NCBI RefSeq assembly: GCF_009834535.1
Contig: NC_045697.1
Location: 106,580,001-106,644,000, forward strand
Reading direction: 5' to 3'
Source of the DNA: Camelus ferus
Lineage: Eukaryota
Length of the DNA: 64,000 nt
Every line of letters starts with the position of its first letter. The stretch's first letter is position 1. A program made the position numbers and the translations under genes. Below the pieces are notes generated by a model that saw only the letters and a program-made list of their open reading frames with translations, had not been told where the DNA came from and did not search any database. Of the stretch, positions 1 through 11,033 are shown piece after piece.

Positions 1-1628
1 GCAATCCCTATCAAATTACCCAGGACATATTTCACAGAACTAGAACAAATCATAATAAAATTCATATGGAACCATCAAAGACCTAGAATTGCCAAAGCAT
101 TACTGAAGAGAAAGAAAGAGGCTGGAGGAATAACTCTCCCAGACTTCAGACAATACTATAGAGCTACAGTCATCAAGACAGCATGGTATTGGTACAAAAA
201 CAGACATACAGACCAATGGAACAGAATAGAGATCCCAGAAATGAACCCACAAACTTTTGGTCAACCAATCTTCGACAAAGGAGGCAAGAATATACAATGA
301 AATAAAAACAGTCTCTTCAGCAAATGGTGTTGGGAAAACTGGACAGCAGCATGGAAAACAATGAAGCTAGAACACTCCCTTACACCATATACAAAAATCA
401 ACTCAAAATGGATCAAAGACTTAAACATAAGACAAGATACAATAAACCTCCTAGAGGAAAACATAGGCAAAACATTATCTGACATACATTTCAAAAATTT
501 TCTCCTAGTAGAAATAAAAGCAAGAATAAACAAATGGGACCTAATGAAACTTACAAGCTTCTGCACAGCAAAGGAAACCAGAAATAAAACAAGAAGACAA
601 CCTACGGAATGGGGGAAAATTTTTGCAAATGAAACCGACAAAGGCTTGATCTCCAGAATATATAAGCAGCTCATATGACTCAATAAGAAAAAAATAAACA
701 ACCCAATCCAAAAATGGGCAGAAGACCTAAATAAGCAATTCTCCAAGGAAGACATACAAATGATCAAAAGGTACATGAAAAAGTGCTCAATATAGCTAAT
801 TATCAGAGAAATGCAAATCAAAACTACAATGAGGTATCACCTCACACCAGTCAGAATGGCCATCATTCAAAAACCCACAAATGACAAATGATGGAGAGGC
901 TATGGAGAAAGCGGAACCCTCATACACTGCTGATGGGAATGCAGTTTGGTGCAGCCACTATGGAAAACAGTGTGGAGATTCCTCAAAAGACTAGGAATAG
1001 ACTTATCATATGACCCAGGAATCCCACTCCTGGGCTTGTATCCAGAAGGAACCCTACTTCAGGATGACACCTGCACCCCAATGTTCATAGCAGCACTATT
1101 TACAATAGCCAAAACATGGAAACAGCCTAAATGTCCATCAACAGGTGACTGGATAAAGAAGAAGTGGTATATTTATACAATGGAATACTACTCAGCCATA
1201 AAAACTGACAACATAATGCCATTTGCAGCAACATGGATGCTCCTGGAGAATGTCATTCTAAGTGAAGTAAGCCAGAAAGAGAAAGAAAAATACCATATGA
1301 GATCGCTCATATGTGGAATCTAAAAAACAAAAACAAACAAACAAACAAACAAAAACAGAAATAGACTCATAGAGAATACAGACTTGTGGTTGCCAGGGGG
1401 GCAGAGGGTGGGAAGGGATAGACTTGGATTTCAAAATTGTAGAATAGATAAACAAGATTATACTGTATAGCACAGGGAAATATACACAAAATGTTATGGT
1501 AGCTCACAGAGAAAAAAATGTGACAATGAGTGTGTATATGTCCATGTATGACTGAAAAATTGTGCTGAACACTGGAATTTGACACAACATTGTAAAATGA
1601 TTATAAATCAATAAAAAATGTTTAAAAA
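1..1628 (+). mobile_element. Relatively young LINE-1, 3' part (ORF2 C-terminus, 3' UTR, A-rich end); runs off the window start
   Basis: ORF pieces 361-678 and 946-1323 translate to L1 ORF2 C-terminal motifs ([49 protein letters not shown]). ORF2 stop at 1323; AATAAA near 1610; internal stops show it is inactive. Confidence 0.96.
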
Positions 1629-1629
1629 A

Positions 1630-1664
1630 CAAGATGTGGCATGCATACATATATATGTTTGTGT

Positions 1665-1713
<49 letters not shown>

Positions 1714-2560
1714 TGTATGGAATATTACTCAGTCATGAAAAAGAATGAAATCTTGCCCTTTGCAAAATACAGATGGACCTAGAAAGTATTATGCTAAGTC
1801 AGACAGAGAAAGACAAATAGTGTATGATTTCACTTGTATGTGGACTCTAAAAAACAAAACAAATGAATAAACATAACAAAACAGAAATAGTCATAGATAC
1901 AGAGAACAAACAGGTAGTTGCCAGAGGGTGTGGGGCTGGGAGGGAGGAGAAAATTAGGTGAGAGAAATTAAGAAGTACAAACTTCCTGTTGCAAAATAAA
2001 TGAAATGGTATGAAATGTACAGTGTGGGGTATATAGTTAATAACTGTGTAATATCTTTGTATAGTGACAAATGATAACTAGACTTATCATGATGATCATT
2101 TTGAAATGTATAGAAATACCAGATCACTATGTTGTGTAACAGAAATGAACAGTGTTGTAGGTCAATAATGCTTCAAAAACAGACTCATAGAAAAAAGATC
2201 AGATTTGTGGTTACCAGAGGTGGGGGGTGGGAGGGTTGAATGAAGACAGTCAGTAGGTACAAAATCCAAGTTATGAGATAAATAAGTACTAGGGATGAAA
2301 TGTACAACATGAGAAATATAATTAACCCTGCTCTATGTTTATATATATTAACATATATAATGTTAAAAGAGTAAATCCTAAGAGTTCTCATCACAAGAAA
2401 AAAAATTATTCTATGTCTTTAATTCTATAGCAATATGAGATAATGGATATTCACTAAATTATTGTCATCATTTCATGATGTGTGTAAGTCAAATCATTAT
2501 GCTATCCATCTTAAACATACACATGTATGTCAATTACATCACAATAAAGAATTAAAACTG
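1630..2560 (+). mobile_element. Older LINE-1 3' end (L1MA-like), interrupted by a CA microsatellite
   Basis: aagatgtgg...atggaatattactcagtcatgaaaaagaatgaaatcttgcc...cagacagagaaagacaaat is the ORF2 end, followed by typical 3' UTR blocks. Confidence 0.85.
1668..1711. repeat. (CA)n microsatellite
   Basis: Direct observation. Confidence 0.98.
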
Positions 2561-2701
2561 GAAGTAAAAACAGAATGTATAGAAAGGGAAAAGGACCAGA
2601 GATATTATTACTTTCAATTTTCTATTATTCATAATAAGAGCTTTCATTTTTTTTCATGAGAAAAGCCTTCCCTTGATGTGCCTATGTAGTTCTTATTGGT
2701 C

Positions 2702-3065
2702 TTTTTTTTTTTAAATAAAAGCTTTATTGAGATAGGATTTATCCATTTAAAATGTACAATTCAATGTAAATTTACGATACTTGCACAGTTGTGCAACCAT
2801 CACCACAATCAATTTTGGAACATTCAAATCATCCCACAAAGAAACACCATACCCTTTAGCCAGCACTTCCCAAACTCTCTGTACTCCCTCAACTCTAGGC
2901 AAACATTAAGCTAGCCTCTGTCTCTGTAGATTTGCCTGTTCTGAATATTTCATATAAATGAAATCATAAAATACATGGCTTTTTATCACTAGCTTCTTTC
3001 ACTTGGCATACTGCTTTCAAGGTTCATCCATGTGGTAGCGTAAATTAGTACTTCATCCTCTTTTT
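2702..3065 (-). mobile_element. Old L1 3' UTR fragment (L1MB/L1ME-like)
   Basis: Poly-T followed by gctttattgagat...gttgtgcaaccatcaccacaat...tctgtagatttgcctgttctg...caaggttcatccatgt. Confidence 0.8.
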
Positions 3066-3209
3066 GCTTTTTAAACTTACGTAGTTACCAAAGGAATAAA
3101 GCCAACCACAAAATAAGAATCAACAGAATATGGTAATCCAGTCATAAAGGACAGTCAAATGTGCTTACACATATTTAAGAAATCAATCATCTAAGTTATA
3201 AATAATAAG

Positions 3210-3322
3210 TAGTTAATTTGTGTCCTTTTTTTTGGATTCCATATATAACTGATATCATATGGCATTTTTCTTTCTCTTTCCGGCCCACTTCACTTAGAAT
3301 GATCATCTCCTGGTCCATCCTA
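3210..3322 (-). mobile_element. Short L1 ORF2-end fragment
   Basis: ggattccatatataactgatatcatatggcatttttctttctct...cttcacttagaatga is the reverse complement of the L1 ORF2 end seen at 1255-1325. Confidence 0.8.
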
Positions 3323-3379
3323 CCTATTGGACTTTTATAGGAAACACAGAAAACTGCACTAAAGGTGAATTTTTTCCCA

Positions 3380-3490
3380 TACAATTTCACGTATCATGAA
3401 ATACTCTTCTTCCCCCACGTAATAATGTAAAAGCCATTCTTAGCTCTCAGGCGACATCTGGCCCTTGGGTCTTGGTTTGCAAACCCCTGG
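3380..3490. mobile_element. hAT-Charlie MITE remnant (MER58-like)
   Basis: aatgtaaaagccattcttagctc...tggccc...gtttgcaaacccctg terminus. Confidence 0.6.
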
Positions 3491-5517
3491 TCTAAACGGT
3501 CTCTCTCCCTCTACACGGCAGCCAGAGATGATGCTCTAAACACAAGTCTGATCATTTGTAAGTCCCCTTCTTAAAAACCTCTGATGTCTCCTTTGCACAC
3601 TTATTAGACTGAAATACAAGGCTCTTCCACCAGGTGGCCCCAAACTTATTTTCTAAACTCATTTCTTACGGCCATTCTCCCCTCACAGAATGTCCCCCTG
3701 CCCCAAACAGATTCAACCTCTGGCTCTTTGCCAAGCCTCTTGTGCTCTCACACCTCTATGCCTTTATATCAGCTCCAAGCTGATCTAAGCCAGTTGGACC
3801 TGCTCAACTCTTAGCTGCTTTCTGGTAGACAATGATAGCCTCAGAAAACACTGGAAGTAGGTGTGTCTCCTACAGCTCAGCTACTAAGTCATAATGAAAG
3901 CAAGTTCCCAATCAAATTCTCCCACAACAGACATTTATCAGTAGGCAGGCACAGAACAGTGAAATAATGTGTTTAACCTGAACTTCAGTGAAGTTTGAGA
4001 TCTTTGCCCAAGTTATCTCACTTAAAAGTTCCTCCAAGGCAAATCAGCTAATCCTGGTAGGCAGATTTAGCGAACCGTCCACTCAGACTCTGGCAACTAA
4101 GAATCAGGGAATAAGCCGTTAGACACAAGACGAATGGGGATCAGATTTTGGGTGCAATTCTTAAGAGTAAAAAAGATCTTGCTAAATTTCTATATCCCAT
4201 TCATGCAAGGCAGGAGTGGCTCCAACCTACATCCATCAATCCACACATCTTGAAACCACTAATTTGGCCACTAAAGGTCCATATCTAATATCCTTTAGGC
4301 TAAATAAGTAGCCACTAATTTCACCAATGAAAGCCACATTACTACTATTATACAGAGAGAGAGATAGATCGATCAGGGATAAAAAAAATACCGGAAGCCC
4401 TCGCCCCCTCTAGAATATAGCCTCATGATTGAATGGCAGTGTACACATGGTGTGTGCATAATCCAAATTAGAGCAGCTGATGACCCCTGAAAGTGTAGTT
4501 TTATTTAATAAATATTACATTGTGCACCTAACAACAAGTGACATTTCCTCTACCCGAAATACTCTTTTCTCTTTTTGCCTAGAGAAAGCCTGTTCATTCC
4601 TTAAAACTCAGTTAAAAGGTGGCCTATTATGGGAAAGAACTCTCACCAGCTGACAGGCATTCCCTGTGGTGGTATGAGCTTAACCATTTGGCAGACGAGG
4701 AAGGTGAGGCTCAGGGAGTTCGGTGGCCAGCTCAGGTTGGGAGACAGAGCTGGAATTGAAGCCCAGGACAATCGTGCTGAATTCTGTGAGGAGTCCCATG
4801 GGGACATGCTAAACAAAAAAGACCTAATAATTCAGTTCAGGCCTACCTGAAGAATCTGTGCTGTCCTGTGTGACCATGGGCTTGAATAAGTTTGATCTGG
4901 GATAAAATAGATTTATGAGAAATGGAAATGTCTGACATACCTGGCTCAGAGCTGTGTTTTTATTGCGCAGGTTTGAGATGAGCTAGCCACATTTTATGTC
5001 TTTTTTTTAACCAGGTGTATACCAAAGCCCAATAAAGTCCTTTCCCTGCAATGACCAAGATGCCTGGGTCTCTTACCACCTAATATCAGTGCACTGGTGA
5101 CGCGTATCAATGACGCCTGGCATATAATGGGTGCCCAGTAAATAAGAAATAAATGAGCTACATGGCTTACCCTTTATTTTAAGATTTGACTCAATTCCAG
5201 GCTACCAGACTCTCACAGAAACAATTTCTTTGATATATATCTTATCATATGGTTAAAGTAACATGACGATCCCCTTTTAGAATTCACTTAGTCAATTGTC
5301 ACTGAACCCACAAAGGCACGGGAAAAACAATGTGATTTTCCCACACAAGGCGTCTTTTAGGAGCAGAGAGCTCATGCACATGGTTATTTAAATTCCTCAG
5401 GCACGCCCAACGTAAGACAGAGATGGTGTGAAAAACTCACAATCATCTATCTAGTCATCTGGGAAGGATGAGTCAGGGCAGTTGTAAAATGTCAGACTTT
5501 GCAGCCAGTGTAGCAAA

Positions 5518-5558
5518 GCACAATCCAACTTCCCCTCTGGCAGAAAAACCAGGGCACT
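5518..5558 (+). repeat. 41-bp dispersed direct repeat, copy 1
   Basis: gcacaatccaacttcccctctggcagaaaaaccagggcact; 39/41 identical to 6706-6746. Confidence 0.95.
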
Positions 5559-6117
5559 GATGGTTAAAGTCAGTCTCCCCAGCTCACAGACAAGTCCAAT
5601 GACATATGAACTCAACCAAAGACTCCAGACCGGCTCCTCACACAGTGGCCTAATTAAGGGGGGATTATCCTTATAAAAGGGTCACCATAGAGGCATTTGA
5701 TCAATACAACATAAAAGGCACCACTATAGACGCAGCTGTAGAATTTCTTGACCCTACTGATAGCGGCAATGACTTCTTTGTTGGCCTTACAGTCTACAGA
5801 TGACACAGGTTTTAACTGGTAAGCAATTGAGAACTCAATGTTCTCTCACATTTTGTGTCTTAGTGCTGCTCTAACTTGTCAGGAGAGCAGCAGTAATAAG
5901 AAACAGGCATGTGACCATCACAACGTACCATCTTTGAGTCAGAAACCAACAATAACCTGAAATGATAAGTGATGCCCTTCCCCCGCAAGTCCAACACCAT
6001 AGAGGGTCTGTGTAGAGTATGTGACAAAATGGCACCTTTTGGAGGGGAAGGAAAGAAAGTTAGAAACTAAATAATCACAGGTATTTGGAAGCTTTTCTTT
6101 TTTTAAGAAAGAGTCTT

Positions 6118-6280
6118 GGGGAGAGGGTGCAGCTCAGTGGTGGAGCACATGCTTAGCATGCATGAGGTCCTGGGTTCAATCCCCAGCACCTCCCTTAAAA
6201 AAATAACATAGATAAACCCAATTATCTGCCCCCCCTAACAAAATTTAAGTAAAATAAAGATAAATAAATGTTTTAAAAAG
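6118..6280 (+). mobile_element. tRNA-Ala-derived SINE (camelid Vic-1-like)
   Basis: GGGGAGAGGGTGCAGCTCAGTGGTGGAGCACATGCTTAGCATGCATGAGGTCCTGGGTTCAATCCCCAGCACCTCC head with Pol III A/B boxes, then an A-rich/aattatctgccccc/A-rich tail shared with the copy at 34808. Confidence 0.88.
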
Positions 6281-6483
6281 AAGCAGTTTCATGGGTTTGA
6301 CATGTTCTTTCTTGAGTAGGAAGAAGTCATTTTTACAGTTGCCTGAGAAGCATATTTCCTCTTATCACTTTATTGAAATGAAAACTTTCCACTGAGTTCA
6401 TCTTCAGCTGACACCCATCTGTGTTTATATCACAAACAGAATTAGAAATAATTCTTAGAATTCTGGAATCTACAATCTGATTT

Positions 6484-6485
<2 letters not shown>

Positions 6486-6528
<43 letters not shown>
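6486..6528. repeat. (CA)n microsatellite
   Basis: Direct observation. Confidence 0.98.
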
Positions 6529-6531
<3 letters not shown>

Positions 6532-6705
6532 TATCCCAGGTATAACAGAAATGTCTGGCATCTGATTCCAACAGCACCTTGTAGAACAATTTGTTTAGCT
6601 TTGGTGGCCTTGTTGAAAAGCTATAAAGGTTAGGTTGTGCAAAGATCTCTAACTCAGGGGGTGAAAATGTCATAATTTATTGAGAGCAACCTCTAAGTAG
6701 GGGTT

Positions 6706-6746
6706 GCACAATCCAACTTCCCCTACGGCAGAAAAACCAGGGCACT
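6706..6746 (+). repeat. 41-bp dispersed direct repeat, copy 2
   Basis: gcacaatccaacttcccctacggcagaaaaaccagggcact; 39/41 identical to 5518-5558. Confidence 0.95.
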
Positions 6747-7341
6747 TCTTAAATGCCTTATTCAAGCAGTCTTAGCTTACTGGACTTTGGTACTGGCGTA
6801 ATTGATACAGCCCCCCAGGCTTGGGAAACTGGGTGGGAAACGTGCCTGCATGTTGAGGATCTTGTCTTATACCTGATACTGAGCTTTTCTGTACTTCAGT
6901 TTCTTCATCCATAAAAATGGGGGTAATGACAGCACTACCATCCTGGCAAAAAGCTTAGAACGATTCTGGTGCACAGTAAACACTCAATAAGTGGTGACTA
7001 CTATCAGGCTTTTCTGACTTTTGAGTGAAGGGAGGGAACAGCTCACCAAAAGCCATCTTACTGGGTCCCTCTAGTTCTTTTTGAAACTTCTCATTCTTGT
7101 GAAATCTACTGACAACTTCATGTCATTTAAGAAATTCTCAAAAGTAGAATGCACTAGAAGAGAATGCAGTTTTATACAATGAGACAGAGATACCCTGATC
7201 AATTTGATGATTTCACTGGTGAAATTCAAATCTTTGAATAATGACAGATGGTGTCGAAAGAGCCGTGCCTCTGGTTCTCTCAGGAGGTTACTTCTACAGC
7301 TCTTGTCTACATATTTTAAGTGAAGCAGGAGTAGGGGTGGA

Positions 7342-7432
7342 ATATAGTATATATTATATATACTATATATTATATTATATATAGTATATAGTTTTATATA
7401 TTATATATATATTATTATATACTGTATAATAT
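7342..7432. repeat. Degenerate (TA)n low-complexity tract
   Basis: Direct observation. Confidence 0.9.
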
Positions 7433-7439
7433 AACTGAA

Positions 7440-7703
7440 TCCAAAGAGAAAAAAGAATGAAGAAGACAAAACAGAATATCCAAGAACTGTGGAACAATTA
7501 CAAAAGATATACATAAAAGGAAGACCAAAAGGAGAAGAAAGAGAGAAAGGAACAGAAGAAATAGTTAAAGTTAATGGCTGACACTTTTCCAAAATGACAG
7601 ACACCAAACCATAGATTCAGGAACCTCATTAAAAACAAGCGGTATAAGTAACAGAAAAAATCTCCACCTAGGTATCTCATAGTTAACATGCAGAAAAATC
7701 AAA
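7440..7703 (+). mobile_element. Old L1 ORF1 fragment
   Basis: aacagaatatccaagaactgtggaacaattac...gaaaggaacagaagaaata...ttttccaaaatga...cacctaggtatctcatagttaa; parallels the ORF1 region at 17510-17760. Confidence 0.7.
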
Positions 7704-7749
7704 TCCCTTTCTGTTTGAAACCACCAGAGTCATTTCTGTTTCCTTTACT

Positions 7750-7980
7750 GAATACCGGCTTTGTGACATTCTTAGTTAACCTCCTAAACCTCAGTCTCTT
7801 CTTATATAGAATGAGAGTAGTGACATCTGACTCAGAGAGGTGTTGGAGAATTAAATTAGCTATTGCATCTGAAGTCTTTAGCATAGTGGTAGACAGACAG
7901 ATCGATCTATATTACACATACAGATATACATATACGTATGTATTTGCTTAGTAGGTGCTAGTTATTATCATTATTATTAC
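7750..7980 (+). mobile_element. MIR SINE
   Basis: gttaacctcctaaacctcagtctcttcttatatagaatgag...tcagagaggtgttggagaattaaattag core. Confidence 0.7.
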
Positions 7981-9080
7981 AGGTGATAAGGCTCCGGCCC
8001 AGGAAGTCTTCATTTTTCTGATGGCAGATCACTGGTCCTGGCCCGAGCCAAGCCTCATGAGGAGCTACATGACCCCAGGTGTGAGGGTGAACAGTGGCCT
8101 GGGCAGGAAGCCAGACAGTGCATTCTTTTAACCTCCTTAATTCTCAGGAACGTGCTCATCTGTGCACCTCTCCGGGGTACTCACTACTTCACCGACTTCC
8201 TGCATCGTTTGGCCCAATCCTGTACCACGTGGCTTCCGTTCTTCCTGCCTCTATTCTGAGGGCCTTTCTGAAATGATTCTTACACTCTTAGACTCTTTAC
8301 TATTTTCTAACTGCAGATTTTCAACATTTTTGCTCTTCTTATATTTTCAATTCATAAGAGCTAATAGCTATAATTTCAACATTTCCCTCATGTATAGCAT
8401 AGTATTTGGAACATAGGTGATTTAACCACCACAGAGACATTCTCATGCCTGTGATTAGGCTATTTAGAGCTGATGTAGTGCCTGTGAGTACACGGCGAAA
8501 CCCTGAATCATTCCCGGAGCCCTACGAAGCTCATCTTGCTGGAAGTTGCATATAAAGACACAGTCTAACTGCTAGGAGATGTTAAAGAGGATTCCACTCT
8601 TCATTTGTGCTCTTGAAGAGCATTTAAAGGTGATACACAGCAACACTGCCCACATCTTCTCTGCCCCCCAGTTTCCTCACCTGCCAGAGTTGTTCCTAAG
8701 CTTTCCATTCAACAGCATCCTCCAGAGAACTTCTCCAGGCTCCTAAGTTTCAGTTAGCCCTTCTCTTTTTTTTTTTTTTCCCCCTCAATTTCCTACCATA
8801 GGTCTCTTTATTATGTTGATTGAATTAAACTCTGAGCTCAGCAAAGTTTCTCCCCTCAACCCATTTCCCCTGATGCTACAACACGAAACATTCTAAGACC
8901 CAGTGGGAAATAAAACCACGAAAAATCTTCACTTTTCTTGGATTGCAATACAGAGAGGACCTAAACAGGCAGAGACAAAAAGCACACTCGCCTACACATA
9001 AACCCCAGCCCCGCCACAGACAAGTTGTTGTCTTTCCTGCAGCTGCAGCTGGAACGCCCGCTCCTCCACCTCCCACCTTC

Positions 9081-9104
9081 GGTGCCGGTGCCGGTGCCGG
9101 TGCC
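9081..9104. repeat. (GGTGCC)4 hexamer repeat in a local GC/CpG-rich patch
   Basis: Direct observation. Confidence 0.95.
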
Positions 9105-10462
9105 GCAGGGCTCCTGCCCAGCAGGGCTCAGCGGTAGCCAGTCACCGCTGCCTCCACCCGCCACAGCCCAGGGCGCATCCAGCTCCATCCCCCTTGCTTT
9201 CTTCTGGAGCCTGACCCTTTCTGGCTTTAGGAAAATAAAAAAAAGTACCTTCCAAACAGGAACAGTGAGGCCCCTAAAGGTAGCTCTTTGGTGTCCCTAA
9301 AAATGGAGAGAGTATTTATGACCACTTCTCTCCTCCCCTGGAAGTGTTAAGTAATTCTGGGAAAGGGAAAGAAGGAGGAGGTAGACGGCTTTGATTTCAT
9401 TCTTCCTCCTACCCTGCTCATCATTCCTTCTAGAATCTGCCTTTGATGACTCAACCAAGCCCTGCTTGCCTGAAGAGACTGGGTGACCTTCCATCTCCCC
9501 AACAGAGAGATTTCTCTGTTCAAAACTCGTTTGCTAATACAGCGTTGGTTCTGTGAGTCTGTGGAGAGTGGCAGTAGGGAAACAAAAGAAAGGAACTTTT
9601 AATTTCATTAATTATTTCCAGCATGTAAAAGATCTGGGGTAAATATACAGCACAGCCCTATATCAACTACCCAGGTTTCACAAATCTTAACATTTTGTTC
9701 TATTTGCTTCCAAGCTCATTTTCTTTTCACCATTATAGGTATAGTTGAAAACCTCCCCATTTCCCTTGTGACTTCCCAAAGATCAGCAAAACCTTGAGTT
9801 ATCGCAAGGGCACTTTTATTTGCCTCCTGCATTAAACTATATACTCAGCAAGGGCAAAATCCATACCTTGTCTAAAATTCTGTCTATTGGCTTAAAACCA
9901 ACCTAGTAAAAGCAGGAGCCAGTCCCACCTCCCCCCAGTAATTCTGGACGTACTCCAAGGGGTGCTGCACAGACACCCACAAAGCAGTTACTGGGCTGCA
10001 GAGAGCACTTAAGCTGATAATCATAATAGTAACATTGATTAAATGCTGTTGAGTGCTTACTCTCTGCTGACCATTTTGATAACCACTCACATGCAAGAGT
10101 TTAATCCTAACAATTACCTATGAAATGAGTGGGTTCTTATTTTAGAGACAAGGGAATGGCTCCCTAGAGATAAAGAAACACATCACGGTTTTCCAACTGG
10201 GAATGCTTGTACCCAAACAGCTGATTCTAGAACATGAAATCCCTTGTCATATTTCTCCCTTCAGCCCTGTTCGTCCACCAGCTCCAACTCCCAACCCTCC
10301 TGTCCAAGTTCACTATTTGTAAAGCCACATGGAGCTTGCTCAGCAGTGTAAAGAACTGTGCCCAATTTAACAAATATTTATTGAGAGTTAACCCTACAAG
10401 CCACTGTGGGGGACAGAGATAAAGTGAATATGAGAAACGTTCTATTAAAAAGAATGTACCTA

Positions 10463-11033
10463 TTTTGTAAATAAATTCATTTGTCTTTTTTTTTTTTAGA
10501 TTCCATACATAAGTGATATCATGTGATATTTGTCTTTCTCTTTCTGGCTTACTTCACTTAGAATGACAATTTCCAGGTCCACCCATGTTGCTGCAAATGG
10601 CGTTATTTTATTCTTTTTTATGGCAGAGTATTATTCCATTGTATAAAGATACCACAACTTCTTTATCCAGTCATCTGTTAATGGACATTTAGATTGTTTC
10701 CATGTCTTCATTATTGTAAACAGAAACAGACTCAGAGACATAGAAAACAAACATGGTTACCAGGGGGGAAAAGGGTGGGAATGGATAAATTGAGAGTTAA
10801 AGATTTGTAGATACTAACTACTATATGTAAAATAAATAAGCAATAAATTTATACTGTATAGCACAGGGAACTATTTTCAATTTCTTGTAGTAACCCTATA
10901 ATGAAAAAGAATATGAAAACAAATGTATGTATATATATATGACTGAACTATTATGCTGTACCCCAGAAGTTGACACAACATTGTAAACTGACTATACTTC
11001 AATTAAAAAATAAAATAAAATAAAGTAAATCAA
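10463..11033 (+). mobile_element. 5'-inverted (twin-primed) L1 3' end with TSD
   Basis: 10463-10718 is antisense ORF2 end; 10718-11033 is sense 3' UTR plus A-rich tail; flanked by aaaaagaatgtaccta / aaaaagaatgtatcta. Confidence 0.92.

Noticed and set aside
261..821. 186-aa hydrophobic minus-strand ORF (similar ones at 22615-23013 and 19134-19568)
   Set aside because: Antisense translation of A-rich L1 sequence, a common false membrane-protein artefact.
6118..6193. Functional tRNA-Ala gene (also 34808-34881)
   Set aside because: Altered 5' end and stems, a SINE-type tail shared between the copies, and TSDs indicate a tRNA-derived SINE.
8943..9300. Short ORFs with GAGAGA, VPVPVP or GTGTGT peptides
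   Set aside because: Products of the GGTGCC repeat in GC-rich DNA, with no coding evidence.
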